32,000 nt of DNA from Halogeometricum borinquense DSM 11551 (GTDB lineage: Archaea > Halobacteriota > Halobacteria > Halobacteriales > Haloferacaceae), in NCBI RefSeq assembly GCF_000172995.2, contig NC_014729.1, forward strand, positions 1,440,001 to 1,472,000. Reading direction: 5' to 3'. Both the position numbers and the translations under genes were made by a program. The notes under the pieces were generated by a model. It saw only the letters and a list, made by a program, of their open reading frames with translations. It made no database searches and was not told the origin of the DNA. Within the stretch, counting starts at the first letter, position 1. Every line of letters starts with the position of its first letter. Shown here piece by piece: positions 8,806 to 19,065 of this stretch.

Positions 8806-9360
8806 ATGTTCCGCGAGGACTCACCACCCGAAGAAGCCTACGAGCGACTTCGGAAAACGCTCTGCTCGCTTCCCGAAGGGGTCGTGTCACTCTCACAGAT
8901 TGCCGAGGAGTTCGAACACTCCTACGGCGGACTGTTTCCTGATCTCAACATCCCTCGCGCCATGCAGGATCTTATCATCCTCGGCGAGGTAGAACTGTGC
9001 CGCGAGACAGAGTCCGGCGCGCGCGTCTGGCTTCGTCACCGGTGGGGCGACCTCGACCCCGACGACAGGATTGACGAACCCCTCCTCGTCGCCGGAATGA
9101 CGTGGAAATGCTACGTCGCACCAAACTTCAGGCGACGCCGCGCAGAACGACTATTCACTACCCGAAGCGCCGCGTTCGACCATCTCAAGCGTGCAGGTGG
9201 CGTCGCTCCCGAGGACCTCGAACGGGTCTGGTTCCTGAACGATGTGTGGGCGACGCAACTCGAATCGGGGGAGACGGCCGTCGTCCGACGTGAACCGGTC
9301 TATGAGCGCGAATCGTCACACGGCGAGTACTACGAGGATACGAGCGACTTCGGCATCTAA
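8806..9360 (+). CDS. Hypothetical protein (184 aa)
   Basis: Acidic, G/C-rich third positions, and no recognisable motif. The track ORF begins at 8725; the promoter-like element favours 8806. Confidence 0.55.
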   Translation: MFREDSPPEEAYERLRKTLCSLPEGVVSLSQIAEEFEHSYGGLFPDLNIPRAMQDLIILGEVELCRETESGARVWLRHRWGDLDPDDRIDEPLLVAGMTWKCYVAPNFRRRRAERLFTTRSAAFDHLKRAGGVAPEDLERVWFLNDVWATQLESGETAVVRREPVYERESSHGEYYEDTSDFGI

Positions 9361-9431
9361 CTTCTCGCCCCCTCACGACCGACCGAACTGGTCGCATCCG
9401 GGACCAGTTGTTGATGTGACTATAGAGTGAT

Positions 9432-10913
9432 ATGTTGTCGCCTCGAAAGGGGTGTATGGACAGACTCGACACCTCCCGCGTCCACCGACTCCTCGAGTCG
9501 CCGGTCGGCGGCCTCTTCGAGACGGCACCGCTCGAGACGCTCCAACTTCGGCGTCTCCCGAGACAGTTTGCCGTCCGCCGCGCACGCGCTGCGGCCGATG
9601 TGTCGCTCGGTGCTGGCCCCGCTGCCTTCTTGCGTGAGGCGGATTCCCCGCCGGCTCCGCATCTTCACGACCGAATCGAGACTGCACTCGCGGAGTTTGC
9701 CGAGATTCGAGAGCGGCACGAGGAAGTCTCGGAGCGCTGGGAAGCGGCGTTTTGGGGGGACGAAGAGACGACTCCGAACGAACGCGTCGCCCTCGAACGC
9801 GAACGTCGCCGCGCCGACGCCGCGCACGCACGCCCGAGTAGCACCTTCGGCTTCCTCGCCAGCGACCACTTCGTTCCGCCCGTTGCGTTCGACGTGCCGT
9901 CGCCCGATGACGCCCGCGAACGCTGGGCGCACGAACTCGCAGAACCCGAGCGCCTGTACGGATTCGCCGACTCGACCGTGACGGAGTCGCTTCCACGCGT
10001 CTCCCGCTCGAAGACGGTTCTCGGTCCCGGAACGGTCGAGTACCGCCTCCGATTCGAGACGCCGTCGCTCCACGTCGGCGATACCGCGACGGCCCGCGTG
10101 TACGAACCGGACGGAGCGGCGGACGATATTCCGACGCTCATCTTCTTCTCCGGTCTGGGTTCGTACGGAGACCGACTCGGTTACTGGCCCGAAGAGGAGG
10201 CTATCGGTCGGAGGCTCGCCCGCGATGGCTACCGCGCTGTCCTTCCCGATGCGCCGTGGCACGGCCGCCGCGAACCGCTCGGTCAGTTCTCTGGCGAACC
10301 CTACCTCGCACGGATGCCCGTCAGCGCCTTCGAGTTGCTCGGTGCGGCCGTCCAAGAGACGGGCGTCTTCGTCGATTGGGCGCGCACAGAAGGCGCGCCC
10401 GCCGTCGCTGTCGGCGGCCTGAGCCTCGGTGGGAGTATCGCGTTCGCTGTCGCGGGCAGATGTGGCGAGTGGCCCGAGTCGATGCGCCCTGATCTCGTGG
10501 GGACTGTTGCCGCTCCCGGGTCGTTGATGCAGACGCTCTCCGAGTCGAAACTCGTCTCGTTGCTCGACCTCGATGACGCCCTGTCCGCGGCCGGGTGGAC
10601 TGACGAAGATTTGAACGAGTTCGCGCCGTTGCTGGACCCGCCCGCAGAACCGGACCTCGCGCCCGAGCGAATCTTCTGCTGGTACGGATCGCACGACGAT
10701 GTGGCACCGACCGAGACGACTGCCACTCTCGTCCGACAGTGGGATGTCCCGCGACGTAACGTACGGACGTGGGACAGCGGTCATCTCGGGACGGCGGCGC
10801 GTCTGTACCGCGGCGATGAGTTCCAGCGGACGCTGACGGCTGCACTCGACCGATTAGCGGTGACGGGTCGGGACGATGATGAGTCAGACGCGACAGCTGA
10901 GACGACGACGTAG
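9432..10913 (+). CDS. Alpha/beta-fold hydrolase with a long N-terminal extension of about 190 aa
   Basis: The core fold includes LIFFSGLGSYGD and the nucleophile elbow GGLSLGGSIAF. Candidate acid and His residues are in GSHDDVAP and WDSGHLG. The start is uncertain: ATG 9432, or ATG 9456 about 32 nt downstream of TATAGAG. The antisense 454-aa ORF is an Arg-rich shadow. Confidence 0.8.
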   Translation: MLSPRKGCMDRLDTSRVHRLLESPVGGLFETAPLETLQLRRLPRQFAVRRARAAADVSLGAGPAAFLREADSPPAPHLHDRIETALAEFAEIRERHEEVSERWEAAFWGDEETTPNERVALERERRRADAAHARPSSTFGFLASDHFVPPVAFDVPSPDDARERWAHELAEPERLYGFADSTVTESLPRVSRSKTVLGPGTVEYRLRFETPSLHVGDTATARVYEPDGAADDIPTLIFFSGLGSYGDRLGYWPEEEAIGRRLARDGYRAVLPDAPWHGRREPLGQFSGEPYLARMPVSAFELLGAAVQETGVFVDWARTEGAPAVAVGGLSLGGSIAFAVAGRCGEWPESMRPDLVGTVAAPGSLMQTLSESKLVSLLDLDDALSAAGWTDEDLNEFAPLLDPPAEPDLAPERIFCWYGSHDDVAPTETTATLVRQWDVPRRNVRTWDSGHLGTAARLYRGDEFQRTLTAALDRLAVTGRDDDESDATAETTT

Positions 10914-11053
10914 GCGCGGAACAGACGAAACGGAGAGAACTGAAACAGACACAGCGAAAACGGCTCGGTGCCGACCTCGTACGACCGGTTGTCGTCCTTT
11001 ACCGATGTCACTCAAACCGGGGCGGTGATTCCCGGTACATCCCAACCGTCCTC

Positions 11054-12979
11054 TCAGTCCGCGAGGAAGTCGGGTTCGAGGCGCTTTTCGTCGTATTCGG
11101 CCTCGAGATGTTCACGGAACGCGTCGATAGACACGTCCTGCTCCTCGCGTTCCTGTCGGTCGCGTACCGAGATGGTGCCGGATTCCTCCTCGTTCTCGCC
11201 GACGATGAGCATGTACGGCACGTTGTCCTCCTGGCCCTCTCGAATCTTCCGTCCGAGCGTCCACGACCGGTCCTCGACGGAGACACGGAAGTCGCCGAGT
11301 TCGTTCTTCACGCGGTGGGCGTAGCCGAGTTGGTCGTCCGAGATGGGGAGGATGCGAACCTGCTCGGGTGCCAGCCAGAACGGGAACTTGCCGTTGAAGT
11401 GCTCGATGAGCACCATGAAGAATCGCTCGTAACTGCCGTAGAGGGCGCGGTGAATCATCACCGGACGGTGTTCCTCGTTGTCCTCGCCCGTATACGTCAG
11501 ATCGAACCGTTCGGGCATGTTGAAGTCAACTTGCACCGTCGGGCCGTCCCACTTGCGGCCGAGCGCGTCCTCGAACGAGAAGTCGATCTTCGGCCCGTAG
11601 AACGCGCCGTCGCCGGGTTCGAGGTCGTAGTCGATGTTCTGATTTTCCAGCACCGAGCGCAGTTGCGACTCGGACTGCTCCCAAATCTCGTCGCTGCCGA
11701 CGGATTTCTCCGGGCGCGTGGCGAGGGCGACGTGCGCCTCAAGTCCGAACGTGTCCAGCACCTCGTAGATGGAGTTCATCACCTGCCGAATCTCCTGCTC
11801 GATCTGCTCGGGGCGGCAGAACAGGTGGCCGTCGTCGATGGTGAACGACCAGACGCGCGAGAGACCCGACAGCTCGCCGCGCTGTTCTTTTCTGTAGACT
11901 TTCCCGTCCTCGAAGTAGCGAACGGGCAGGTCGCGGTACGACCACGAGTTCTGGTCGAAGATGGTCGCGTGGCCGGGGCAGTTCATCGGCTTCAGGCCGT
12001 ACTCCTCGTCGTTCACGTCGAGGAGGAACATATCGTCCACGTAGTTGTCGTAGTGGCCCGACTTCTTCCACAGTTCCGTGCGGAACAGATGCGGCGTCTC
12101 GACCGGTTCGTAATCGGCATCAAGGTTCAATGACTCCGCGAACTCGGACAGCTCAGAGAGGATCCGCTTGCCGTTCGGATGGTAGAGCGGCAGTCCCGGC
12201 CCCGTGACTTCGGGGATGGAAAAGAGATCCATCTCCCGGCCGATTTTCCGGTGGTCGCGCTCTTCGGCCTCCGCGCGGAGTTCCATATACTCTTTCAGGT
12301 CCTTCTCGGACTCGAACGCCGTGCCGTACACGCGCGTCAGCGTCTCGTTCTCCTCGTCGCCGCGCCAGTAAGCCGAGGAGATGTTGAGGAGTTCGACCGC
12401 GCCGATTTTCCCCGTCGATTCGACGTGCGGACCCTTACACAGGTCCTCGAACTCACCTTGGACGTAGAAGGAGAGTTCGTCGTCGCCGGCCGCCTCGTTC
12501 TCGAGGATGTCGCGCTTGTACGGGTTCTCCTCGTACAGTTCGAGGGCGTCCTCGCGCGACCGAAGTTCGCGTTCGACCGGGAGGTCTTCTTCGATGATCT
12601 CCTCCATCTCGTCCTCGATTGCTTCGAGGTCATCAGCGTCGAGATCGACGTTCGTTACGTCGTAGTAGAATCCCTCGTCCGTCGATGGGCCGATGGCGAG
12701 CTTTGCTTCGGGGTACAGACGCTGCAATGCTTGGGCGAAGACGTGTGCGGCGGTGTGGCGGAGGACGCGGAGGTATTCGTCACTCTGGTCCGTGACGATG
12801 ACGACTTGGGCACCGTCGTGGACGGGGGCGGCTTTGTCCACGAGTTCACCGTCTACGACGCCCGCGACGGTGTCCTCACCGAGTCCCGGTCCGATTTCGT
12901 AGGCGACGTCCTCGACCGTCGCACCCTCCTCGACAGACAGCTCCGAGCCGTCGGGAAGGTTCACAACGAGTTCACTCAT
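11054..12979 (-). CDS. thrS: Threonine--tRNA ligase
   Basis: 641 aa from ATG 12979 ([30 protein letters not shown], a TGS domain). It has the second-additional-domain HxxxH ([12 protein letters not shown]), a class II core ([39 protein letters not shown]) and a C-terminal anticodon-binding domain. The 74 codons upstream of 12979 in the track ORF are non-coding-like. Confidence 0.95.
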   Translation of the reverse strand: MSELVVNLPDGSELSVEEGATVEDVAYEIGPGLGEDTVAGVVDGELVDKAAPVHDGAQVVIVTDQSDEYLRVLRHTAAHVFAQALQRLYPEAKLAIGPSTDEGFYYDVTNVDLDADDLEAIEDEMEEIIEEDLPVERELRSREDALELYEENPYKRDILENEAAGDDELSFYVQGEFEDLCKGPHVESTGKIGAVELLNISSAYWRGDEENETLTRVYGTAFESEKDLKEYMELRAEAEERDHRKIGREMDLFSIPEVTGPGLPLYHPNGKRILSELSEFAESLNLDADYEPVETPHLFRTELWKKSGHYDNYVDDMFLLDVNDEEYGLKPMNCPGHATIFDQNSWSYRDLPVRYFEDGKVYRKEQRGELSGLSRVWSFTIDDGHLFCRPEQIEQEIRQVMNSIYEVLDTFGLEAHVALATRPEKSVGSDEIWEQSESQLRSVLENQNIDYDLEPGDGAFYGPKIDFSFEDALGRKWDGPTVQVDFNMPERFDLTYTGEDNEEHRPVMIHRALYGSYERFFMVLIEHFNGKFPFWLAPEQVRILPISDDQLGYAHRVKNELGDFRVSVEDRSWTLGRKIREGQEDNVPYMLIVGENEEESGTISVRDRQEREEQDVSIDAFREHLEAEYDEKRLEPDFLAD

Positions 12980-13103
12980 GTGCGTTCGGAATCGGAGCGT
13001 ACGAATAAGTGTTTTTGAAGGGCGCGAGTGGGTCGCACGGCCGTTCGGAACGCACCGTGTGAGTGGCCACACGCTTATCTTTCCAGCCACGGACAGACGA
13101 TGC

Positions 13104-14591
13104 ATGAGATTCGACCGGCAGTCGGGCGTTTTCGCGCACGTTCCGTCGCTCCCGGGCCCCCACGGAATCGGCGACCTCGGCGACGGCGCGCGCGCCTTCA
13201 TCGATTGGCTCGCCTCGGCCGAACAGTCGCTGTGGCAGTTCTGTCCGCTCGGTCCGACAGCGTCGATTCACGGCCACTCGCCGTACCAGTCGTACTCCGC
13301 GTTTGCGGGCAACCCACTACTCGTTGACCTCGATCAACTCCGCGAGGACGGCTATCTGACTGACGACGACCTCGAACCCGTTCCTGCATTCTCCGACCAC
13401 GAAATCGAGTACGACCGGGTAGCCGAGTACAAACGGGAGCAACTCCGAACCGCGCACGAACGCTTCCAGTCCGAGGCGACCACCGAGGACCGCGAGGCGT
13501 TCGACGCGTTCCGCGAACACGAGTCGTCGTGGCTGGACGGCTACGCTCTGTTCATGGCGCTCCGAACCCGCTACGACGGTGCGTGGACGACGTGGCCACA
13601 GGAGATTCGAACGCACGACGAGGCGGCCATCAATCGGCACCGCGAGGAACTCGCAGACGAGATTTCGTACCGGGAGTTCGCCCAGTTCGTCTTCGATACG
13701 CAGTGGCGCGAGTTGAAGGCGTACGCGAACGATCACGGCGTCAAACTCGTCGGCGACCTGCCTATCTACGTCGCCCTCGACAGCGCAGACGTGTGGGCCG
13801 CACCCGAGGCGTTCGATCTGACTGAGGAGAACGAACCCGTCGCTGTCGCGGGTGTCCCGCCAAATCCGAACGACGACGGCCAACGCTGGGGCAACCCCCT
13901 GTACGACTGGGACTACCTCCGCGAGAACGACTACGACTGGTGGATGGACCGCCTCGAACGACTGTTCGAACTCGTGGACGTGACCCGCATCGACCACTTC
14001 AAAGGCTTCGATGAGTACTGGGCTATCCCGGCGGACGCACACTCGCCCGCAGCGGGTGAATGGCGCGATGCCCCGGGACACGACTTCTTCGAGACCGTCG
14101 AGGACCAGTTCGGTGATCTGCCGTTCATCGTGGAAGATCTCGGGTTCCTCGATCAGCGTATGACCGACCTCCGCGACCGGTTCGGGTTCCCCGGCATGCG
14201 CGTCCCGCAGTACGCAAACTGGTGCCAAGAGGGAGATATGTACCAACCGATGCATTTCCCCGAAAACAGCGTCGGTTACACCTCGACGCACGACACGAAC
14301 ACGTTCGTCGGCTACTACCGCGATCTGCCGGCTGACCAGAAAGACTGCCTCCACTACAATATCGGTGCGGACGGCTCCGAGATTCACTGGTCTATCATCG
14401 ACGCCGTCTGGCGCTCGAACGCCGTCATCGCGTTCACGACGATACAGGATATTCTCGGCCTCGGCGCGGAGGCGCGCTTCAACGTTCCCGGTACTACTGA
14501 CGGAAACTGGCGGTGGCGGTGTACAGAGGAGGGATTCGACGAGGAGTTAGCGTCCCGACTGGCGAGGCTGACCGACGAACACATCCGGTGA
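13104..14591 (+). CDS. malQ: 4-alpha-glucanotransferase (amylomaltase, GH77)
   Basis: It carries [54 protein letters not shown] and YTSTHDTNT. Start at ATG 13104 (MRFDRQSG). Confidence 0.92.
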   Translation: MRFDRQSGVFAHVPSLPGPHGIGDLGDGARAFIDWLASAEQSLWQFCPLGPTASIHGHSPYQSYSAFAGNPLLVDLDQLREDGYLTDDDLEPVPAFSDHEIEYDRVAEYKREQLRTAHERFQSEATTEDREAFDAFREHESSWLDGYALFMALRTRYDGAWTTWPQEIRTHDEAAINRHREELADEISYREFAQFVFDTQWRELKAYANDHGVKLVGDLPIYVALDSADVWAAPEAFDLTEENEPVAVAGVPPNPNDDGQRWGNPLYDWDYLRENDYDWWMDRLERLFELVDVTRIDHFKGFDEYWAIPADAHSPAAGEWRDAPGHDFFETVEDQFGDLPFIVEDLGFLDQRMTDLRDRFGFPGMRVPQYANWCQEGDMYQPMHFPENSVGYTSTHDTNTFVGYYRDLPADQKDCLHYNIGADGSEIHWSIIDAVWRSNAVIAFTTIQDILGLGAEARFNVPGTTDGNWRWRCTEEGFDEELASRLARLTDEHIR

Positions 14592-14681
14592 ACCGCCTCG
14601 GCCTGCTCCGCCTGTAGACTGCGTTGAATCACCCGGGTTAGACTGCGGTCCGATCCGACGAGGCGGGAGGCGCTGTCTCGG

Positions 14682-15143
14682 TCACTCCTCAAATCGGCTG
14701 TACGGACGCCGGTGTGTGTTCCGAATCAGGTCTTCGTCCGACACGCGGAGTCCGAGTTCGTCCAACTCTTCGCCGATACGACTCAAGTCGTCGCCGTCAA
14801 CGCCGATAGCACGTACCAGCACGTTTGCTTCGCCGGTCATCACCTCCTGCACTTCCACGACGCCCGGCACGTCTGCGGCCGCTGCGGCGAGTTCTTCGCG
14901 TTCCGGAATCGGGGCCGTACAGACGATGAGCGTGAACAGTTGGTAGCCCGCGTCCTCGTAGTCAACGTCGGCGTGGTAGCCACGGATGATGCCGTCGGAT
15001 TCGAGCCGCTGGATGCGGTTCCGGACGGTACTGGCCGATACATCGAGTGATGCTGCGATATCGTTCGACGAGGTATGTCGCGCCTCCGCTTGGAGGCTGT
15101 AGAGGATTCGCCTGTCGAGCGAATCGAGATCTCGAATCGACAT
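14682..15143 (-). CDS. Lrp/AsnC family transcriptional regulator
   Basis: LDSLDRRILYSLQAEARHTSSNDIAASLDVSASTVRNRIQRLESDGII is followed by a RAM domain (YQLFTLIVCTAP...). ATG 15143 is preferred over the upstream TTG 15170. Confidence 0.88.
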   Translation of the reverse strand: MSIRDLDSLDRRILYSLQAEARHTSSNDIAASLDVSASTVRNRIQRLESDGIIRGYHADVDYEDAGYQLFTLIVCTAPIPEREELAAAAADVPGVVEVQEVMTGEANVLVRAIGVDGDDLSRIGEELDELGLRVSDEDLIRNTHRRPYSRFEE

Positions 15144-15307
15144 CTGGTGCAACGTTTGACGAGCAGTCAATTAATACTGCCCACTGAATATTAGCAGAAG
15201 CGGAATATAGATCTATAATCTCCACGACTCGATAACTCTATATTTATACTATCGGACAGTCGCCACTTTCTAAGGAGTGGAGTGGGAAGTACGACCGCCG
15301 ACGAACA

Positions 15308-16387
15308 ATGAACTCAACAGAAATTGGTCTCCGCCTCGTTGCAGGTGTCTTGCTCATCCTCGCAAACGGGTTCTTCGTCGCCATCGAGTTCGCGCTGACA
15401 CGCGCTCGCCAGTTCTCCGAATCGGAGTTCGTAGACGGCGACAGCAGACTCGAACGTGCGTGGGCGATGACGCAGGACCTCGAACTGTATCTGACCACTT
15501 GTCAGGTCGGTATTACGGCGTCAAGCATCGCGGTCGGTATCGTCGCCGAACCGGCGCTGGCAGCGTTGTTTGAACCGCTGTTTGCGGGAACGACGCTGGC
15601 GACTGTCGGCGCGGGTGCGATCATCGCGTACGGTATCATCAACCTCGTCCACCTGACGCACGGGGAACAGGCACCGACGTACCTCGGCGTCGAGCGCTCG
15701 CGGCTAGTGTGCCGGTACGGTGCTGCGCCGCTGTACTGGTTCTACCTCATCATCTCGCCGCTCATCTCGCTCGGGGATTCGGTGGCAAAGTGGACGCTGC
15801 AGTTGTTCGGCATCGAGATGACCGGCGCGTGGCTCGAAGCCGAGGAAGACGCCATCGAGTCGCGTGCCCAACTGCGTAGCCGACTCAGTTCGCTGCTGGA
15901 GCGCGGTGAACTCTCCGGCGAGCGTCACGACGAGGTACTGGGTGCGCTGAAGGCCGGTACTACCGAGGTTCGGGAAGTAATGGTTCCCAAGTCGGATATT
16001 GTGGCCCTCTCGACCGATGCGTCAGTTGCAGAGAACCTCGACCGCGTCACCGAGACGCCACATACGCGGTATCCGCTCGTCGGATCGAATCTCGAAACCG
16101 TCGAGGGCATCGTGTACGTTCCGAGCGTCGTCGCCCGCATTGAAGAGTTGAAAGGCGGTGAAACGGCGTTTTCGGATATCGCGGCACCGCCGATGACCGT
16201 GTCGGCCGACACCTCCGTCAGTGATGCTATCGACCGGTTCCAAGCGGAGCGGCAGGAACTCGCCGTGGTGTTCGAAGACGGAGATGTCGTCGGCCTGCTG
16301 ACTGCAACCGACGCGCTGGAAACCGTGATGGGTGAACTGGAAGACCCCTTGGACGCCGACTTCCGCGCTGAACGGACACCAGCGTAA
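15308..16387 (+). CDS. CNNM/DUF21 transmembrane domain + CBS-pair protein (HlyC/CorC-type divalent cation efflux family)
   Basis: The N-terminal part is DUF21-like (LLILANGFFVAIEFALTRAR, HGEQAPTYLG). It is followed by two CBS-like modules (VREVMVPKSDIVAL..., AFSDIAAPPMTVSADTSVSDAIDRFQAERQELAVVFEDGDVVGLLT). Confidence 0.88.
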   Translation: MNSTEIGLRLVAGVLLILANGFFVAIEFALTRARQFSESEFVDGDSRLERAWAMTQDLELYLTTCQVGITASSIAVGIVAEPALAALFEPLFAGTTLATVGAGAIIAYGIINLVHLTHGEQAPTYLGVERSRLVCRYGAAPLYWFYLIISPLISLGDSVAKWTLQLFGIEMTGAWLEAEEDAIESRAQLRSRLSSLLERGELSGERHDEVLGALKAGTTEVREVMVPKSDIVALSTDASVAENLDRVTETPHTRYPLVGSNLETVEGIVYVPSVVARIEELKGGETAFSDIAAPPMTVSADTSVSDAIDRFQAERQELAVVFEDGDVVGLLTATDALETVMGELEDPLDADFRAERTPA

Positions 16388-16420
16388 GCCCCATTCCCCA
16401 TCGCCGCGGATGATGTACCT

Positions 16421-16465
16421 CGCCTACCGCGCGTTGGGGTACTCCGCCTACCGCGCGTCGGGGTA
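16421..16465. repeat. Imperfect tandem duplication (unit about 24 nt) of the 3' end of the DJ-1 gene, including its stop codon
   Basis: CGCCTACCGCGCGTTGGGGTA (16421-16441) and CGCCTACCGCGCGTCGGGGTA (16445-16465). On the minus strand both copies read YP(D/N)AR-stop. Confidence 0.8.
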
Positions 16466-17008
16466 ATCCATCTGCTCGGCAACTGTTTTTCTCGTCTCTT
16501 CGTCAGTTAGCCGCTCTACGAGATACAGGCCAAGGTCCAACGCCGAGGAGACGCCGCGAGCGGTCACTATCTCGCCTTCGTCAACCACTCGGTCGTCGGC
16601 AACCTCGCAGTACGCCGCGAGTTCGTCCGTCGCCGCGGGGTGTGTCGTCGCCGTCTGGCCGTCCAAGAACCCCGCCGCGCCGAGAAGTAACGATCCGGTG
16701 CAGACCGAGGCGAGGAGGTCGGGGTCGGCGGTTCGGAGCCACGAGAGAAAGTGGTCGTCTTCCCGTAACGTCCGCGTCCCCGCGCCCCCGGGGATGACGA
16801 CGATGTCGTACTCCGTGAGTGATTCTCCGACGCTGTCGGCCCCGAACTGAAGATTCGCTGTCGTCGTCACCGTTTCCGCGCGGGCGCAGATGTTCCACTC
16901 GAACGGAAACGGCGCGAGGTCCATGGTATCGAGACGGGTCAGCGGGTCGAACGCGCCGACGAAATCGAGCGCGGTCATGTCGTCGAAGGCGACGAACGCG
17001 GTGCGCAT
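16448..17008 (-). CDS. DJ-1/PfpI family protein
   Basis: It has YDIVVIPGGAG, a nucleophile-elbow Cys in ASVCTGSLLLGAAG, and ATTHP. I chose ATG 17008 (MRTAFVAF); ATG 17065 is an alternative. The remainder of the 346-aa track ORF is Arg-rich and implausible. Confidence 0.85.
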   Translation of the reverse strand: MRTAFVAFDDMTALDFVGAFDPLTRLDTMDLAPFPFEWNICARAETVTTTANLQFGADSVGESLTEYDIVVIPGGAGTRTLREDDHFLSWLRTADPDLLASVCTGSLLLGAAGFLDGQTATTHPAATDELAAYCEVADDRVVDEGEIVTARGVSSALDLGLYLVERLTDEETRKTVAEQMDYPDAR

Positions 17009-17103
17009 GGGGTGATGTTCGACGGCAGAGTGGAAGAAGCCACCCCGCGTCGCCTCGGTCGCCATCGAAACCCCGATACTCGCGCTTCCCTTGCAGAAAG
17101 ACG

Positions 17104-18024
17104 ATGGAGTTCGAAACCGGCGCGATTCCGCTGTCGGATATCGACGGGGCGTTCGACCTACAGGCGACGCTCGAAAGCGGACAGTCGTACCTCTGGGACC
17201 GCGCTGACGGCCGGATGTACGAGTCGATGGACGTGTACGGCGGCGATGCGTGGTACGAGACAGTCGTCCCTCCCATCGACGGCGTTTCGGACGAACAGGC
17301 CGTAGTGCGCGTCCGACAGACGGACGGCCGTCTGGAGTGGGAGGCGACGACCGACGCGGTGCCGATTCTGACGCACCTGCTCCGTCTGGACGACGATTTG
17401 GATGCGATTCTGGACGCGACGCCCGACGACTCGCTACTGGAACGCGCGTACGACGCCTACGAGGGAATGCGTCTCGTGCGCGACCCACCGTTCCCCTGTC
17501 TGATCTCGTTCATCTGTTCGGCACAGATGCGCGTCTCACGTATTCACGGGATGCAGATGCGCCTCGCGCGAGAGTACGGTGATACCGTCACCGTTGCGGG
17601 TGAGACGTACCACGCCTTTCCGACAGCCGATCAGTTGGCCGTCCGAACCGAGGACGAACTGCGCGACCTGAGCCTCGGATACCGCGCCCCCTACGTTCAA
17701 CGAACGGCTGAGATGGTTGCAAACGGCGATGCGCACCCGAACGATGCGGTGGGACTGCCGTACGAGGACGCGCGCGACTCGCTCACGCAGTTTGTCGGTG
17801 TGGGCGACAAAGTCTCCGACTGCGTGCTGTTGTTCTCGCTTGGCTTTCTGGAGGCCGTTCCGTTGGACACGTGGATTCAGACCGCCATTGCGGACCACTA
17901 CCCGGACTGTGAGGCCGGGAACTACACGGAGACATCGCGCGCCATCCGTGACCGTCTCGGCGGCCAGTACGCCGGATACGCGCAGACGTACGTGTTCTAC
18001 TATCTCCGCGCGGGCGGCGAGTGA
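17104..18024 (+). CDS. ogg: 8-oxoguanine DNA glycosylase/AP lyase, Ogg1-type HhH-GPD protein
   Basis: SGQSYLW is in the N-terminal domain. The HhH-GPD element FVGVGDKVSDCVLLFSLGFLEAVPLDTW carries the catalytic Lys and Asp. Start at ATG 17104 (MEFETG). Confidence 0.82.
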   Translation: MEFETGAIPLSDIDGAFDLQATLESGQSYLWDRADGRMYESMDVYGGDAWYETVVPPIDGVSDEQAVVRVRQTDGRLEWEATTDAVPILTHLLRLDDDLDAILDATPDDSLLERAYDAYEGMRLVRDPPFPCLISFICSAQMRVSRIHGMQMRLAREYGDTVTVAGETYHAFPTADQLAVRTEDELRDLSLGYRAPYVQRTAEMVANGDAHPNDAVGLPYEDARDSLTQFVGVGDKVSDCVLLFSLGFLEAVPLDTWIQTAIADHYPDCEAGNYTETSRAIRDRLGGQYAGYAQTYVFYYLRAGGE

Positions 18025-18158
18025 GTCCGCGGCCGGAGTGGCGGACCGACTCGACAACAGTCGCAGTCGAACCCCGGGAGAAATGCCGCGACAGACGCAA
18101 CGACTCCTATACTTTTCGGCTAACCTTCTTGCGGTGTCCGACGTAATGTTATGCTGTC

Positions 18159-18575
18159 ATGGACTGCAGAGTCGTCGTCGAGGCCGCGGTTCCCGTCTAC
18201 GACGTTGAGACGGCGGACGAGGCCATTCGAATCGCCATTGCGAAGACTGGTGAACTGCTTAACCCAGATCTTAATTACGTCGAGATAAATATGGGGTCTC
18301 GAACTTCCCCATCGGGTGAGGAACTTCTCCCGGCGTTCGTCGCTGCCGACGAGGCACTGGTCGCCCTCGAACTGGAGATGACAGTGTTCAACGTCGAACA
18401 GGAGGAACACGCCGCCCGAATCGCACGTAAGGAGATCGGTCAACGGCTGGAGAACGTCCCGCTAACGGTTCTAGAGGTCGAAGTGCTACCTTCCGAGGAG
18501 GAGGAAGAAGAACAGTCCGCCGAGTCGGACGACGACCTCATTCCCGAGTTCGACGACCTCGTCGACGAGGGGTAA
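18159..18575 (+). CDS. Conserved archaeal UPF0212/DUF555-like protein with an acidic C-terminal tail
   Basis: CRVVVEAAVPVYDVETADEAIRIAIAKTGELLNP ... ALVALELEMTVFNVEQEEHAARIARKEIG resembles the UPF0212 family as I remember it. I could not run a search to confirm. Confidence 0.65.
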   Translation: MDCRVVVEAAVPVYDVETADEAIRIAIAKTGELLNPDLNYVEINMGSRTSPSGEELLPAFVAADEALVALELEMTVFNVEQEEHAARIARKEIGQRLENVPLTVLEVEVLPSEEEEEEQSAESDDDLIPEFDDLVDEG

Positions 18576-18828
18576 TTTCTCGCGCGCGCCCACTGTCTCG
18601 ACCGACTCTGCTCTCGTATGGGCGGTCTTTTCACCTCGCGCGCGGTCCGTTATCCTCCTCATCACCCACCGTTTTGTCCGGCCTACTCTCCAAGTAGTAT
18701 CGTCCGCGTGACACAGTAACTGCGGAGGAAGTTTCTCGCCGAGAGCGTATCAAATTCATCAGTCGGCATTGCAGAGAGCCGTCGCTCAGGAATTTGGGGG
18801 CGTCGAGGATCGCTGTTTTTCTGGCGTT

Positions 18829-19065
18829 TCAGTCCGCGTGCGGTGCGACGGCTTCTTGCTCGGGTTCGTCGAGAGACGACGTGATTCCTTTTACGAGTTT
18901 GAAAACAGCAGCCTTGTGGTCGGTTTTGGACTTGTGAATTGACGTCGGTCGGACGCCGAGTTCGTTGTATGCTGTGAGTGGAACCTCGTCGTTTTCCCAC
19001 TCCTCGATTTGTGTGTGTACTTCCGCGAGCAGGCCGTGCAGGTGGATGAGTTCCTGCTTCTTCAT
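18829..19065 (-). CDS. UPF0058 family small protein
   Basis: MKKQELIHLHGLLAEVHTQIEEW is a typical UPF0058 N-terminus. The ATG at 19065 lies 2 codons inside the track ORF, which begins at a TTG. TAATATAA sits about 31 nt upstream. Confidence 0.65.
   Translation of the reverse strand: MKKQELIHLHGLLAEVHTQIEEWENDEVPLTAYNELGVRPTSIHKSKTDHKAAVFKLVKGITSSLDEPEQEAVAPHAD

Noticed and set aside
9420-10784. 454-aa minus-strand ORF (and the nested 9373..9996 and 10321..10845 ORFs)
   Set aside because: They are Arg/Gly/Ser-rich with no motifs and lie antisense to the alpha/beta hydrolase, which has a proper GxSxG catalytic core.
11108-13018. Plus-strand ORFs of 341 aa and 279 aa opposite thrS
   Set aside because: ThrRS on the minus strand is unambiguous. 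The plus-strand translations are repetitive Val/Leu/Arg/Asp strings typical of the antisense of acidic genes.
13317-14387. 356-aa minus-strand ORF opposite malQ
   Set aside because: It has the same shadow-ORF pattern, and the GH77 motifs on the plus strand explain the region.
17009-17488. N-terminal 160-aa extension of the DJ-1 ORF, and the 95-codon extension of the Ogg ORF (16819-17103)
   Set aside because: Both extensions are extremely Arg-rich and overlap the other gene's real coding region. Conserved family sequence begins at the internal ATGs (17008 and 17104).
18576-18828. 255-nt GC-rich gap between convergent genes, inspected for an ncRNA or small ORF
   Set aside because: The only open frames are weak, at 28-33 aa with no motifs. 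The repeated CTCGCGCGCG blocks are simple palindromic GC runs. I saw no convincing conserved-looking fold by eye.
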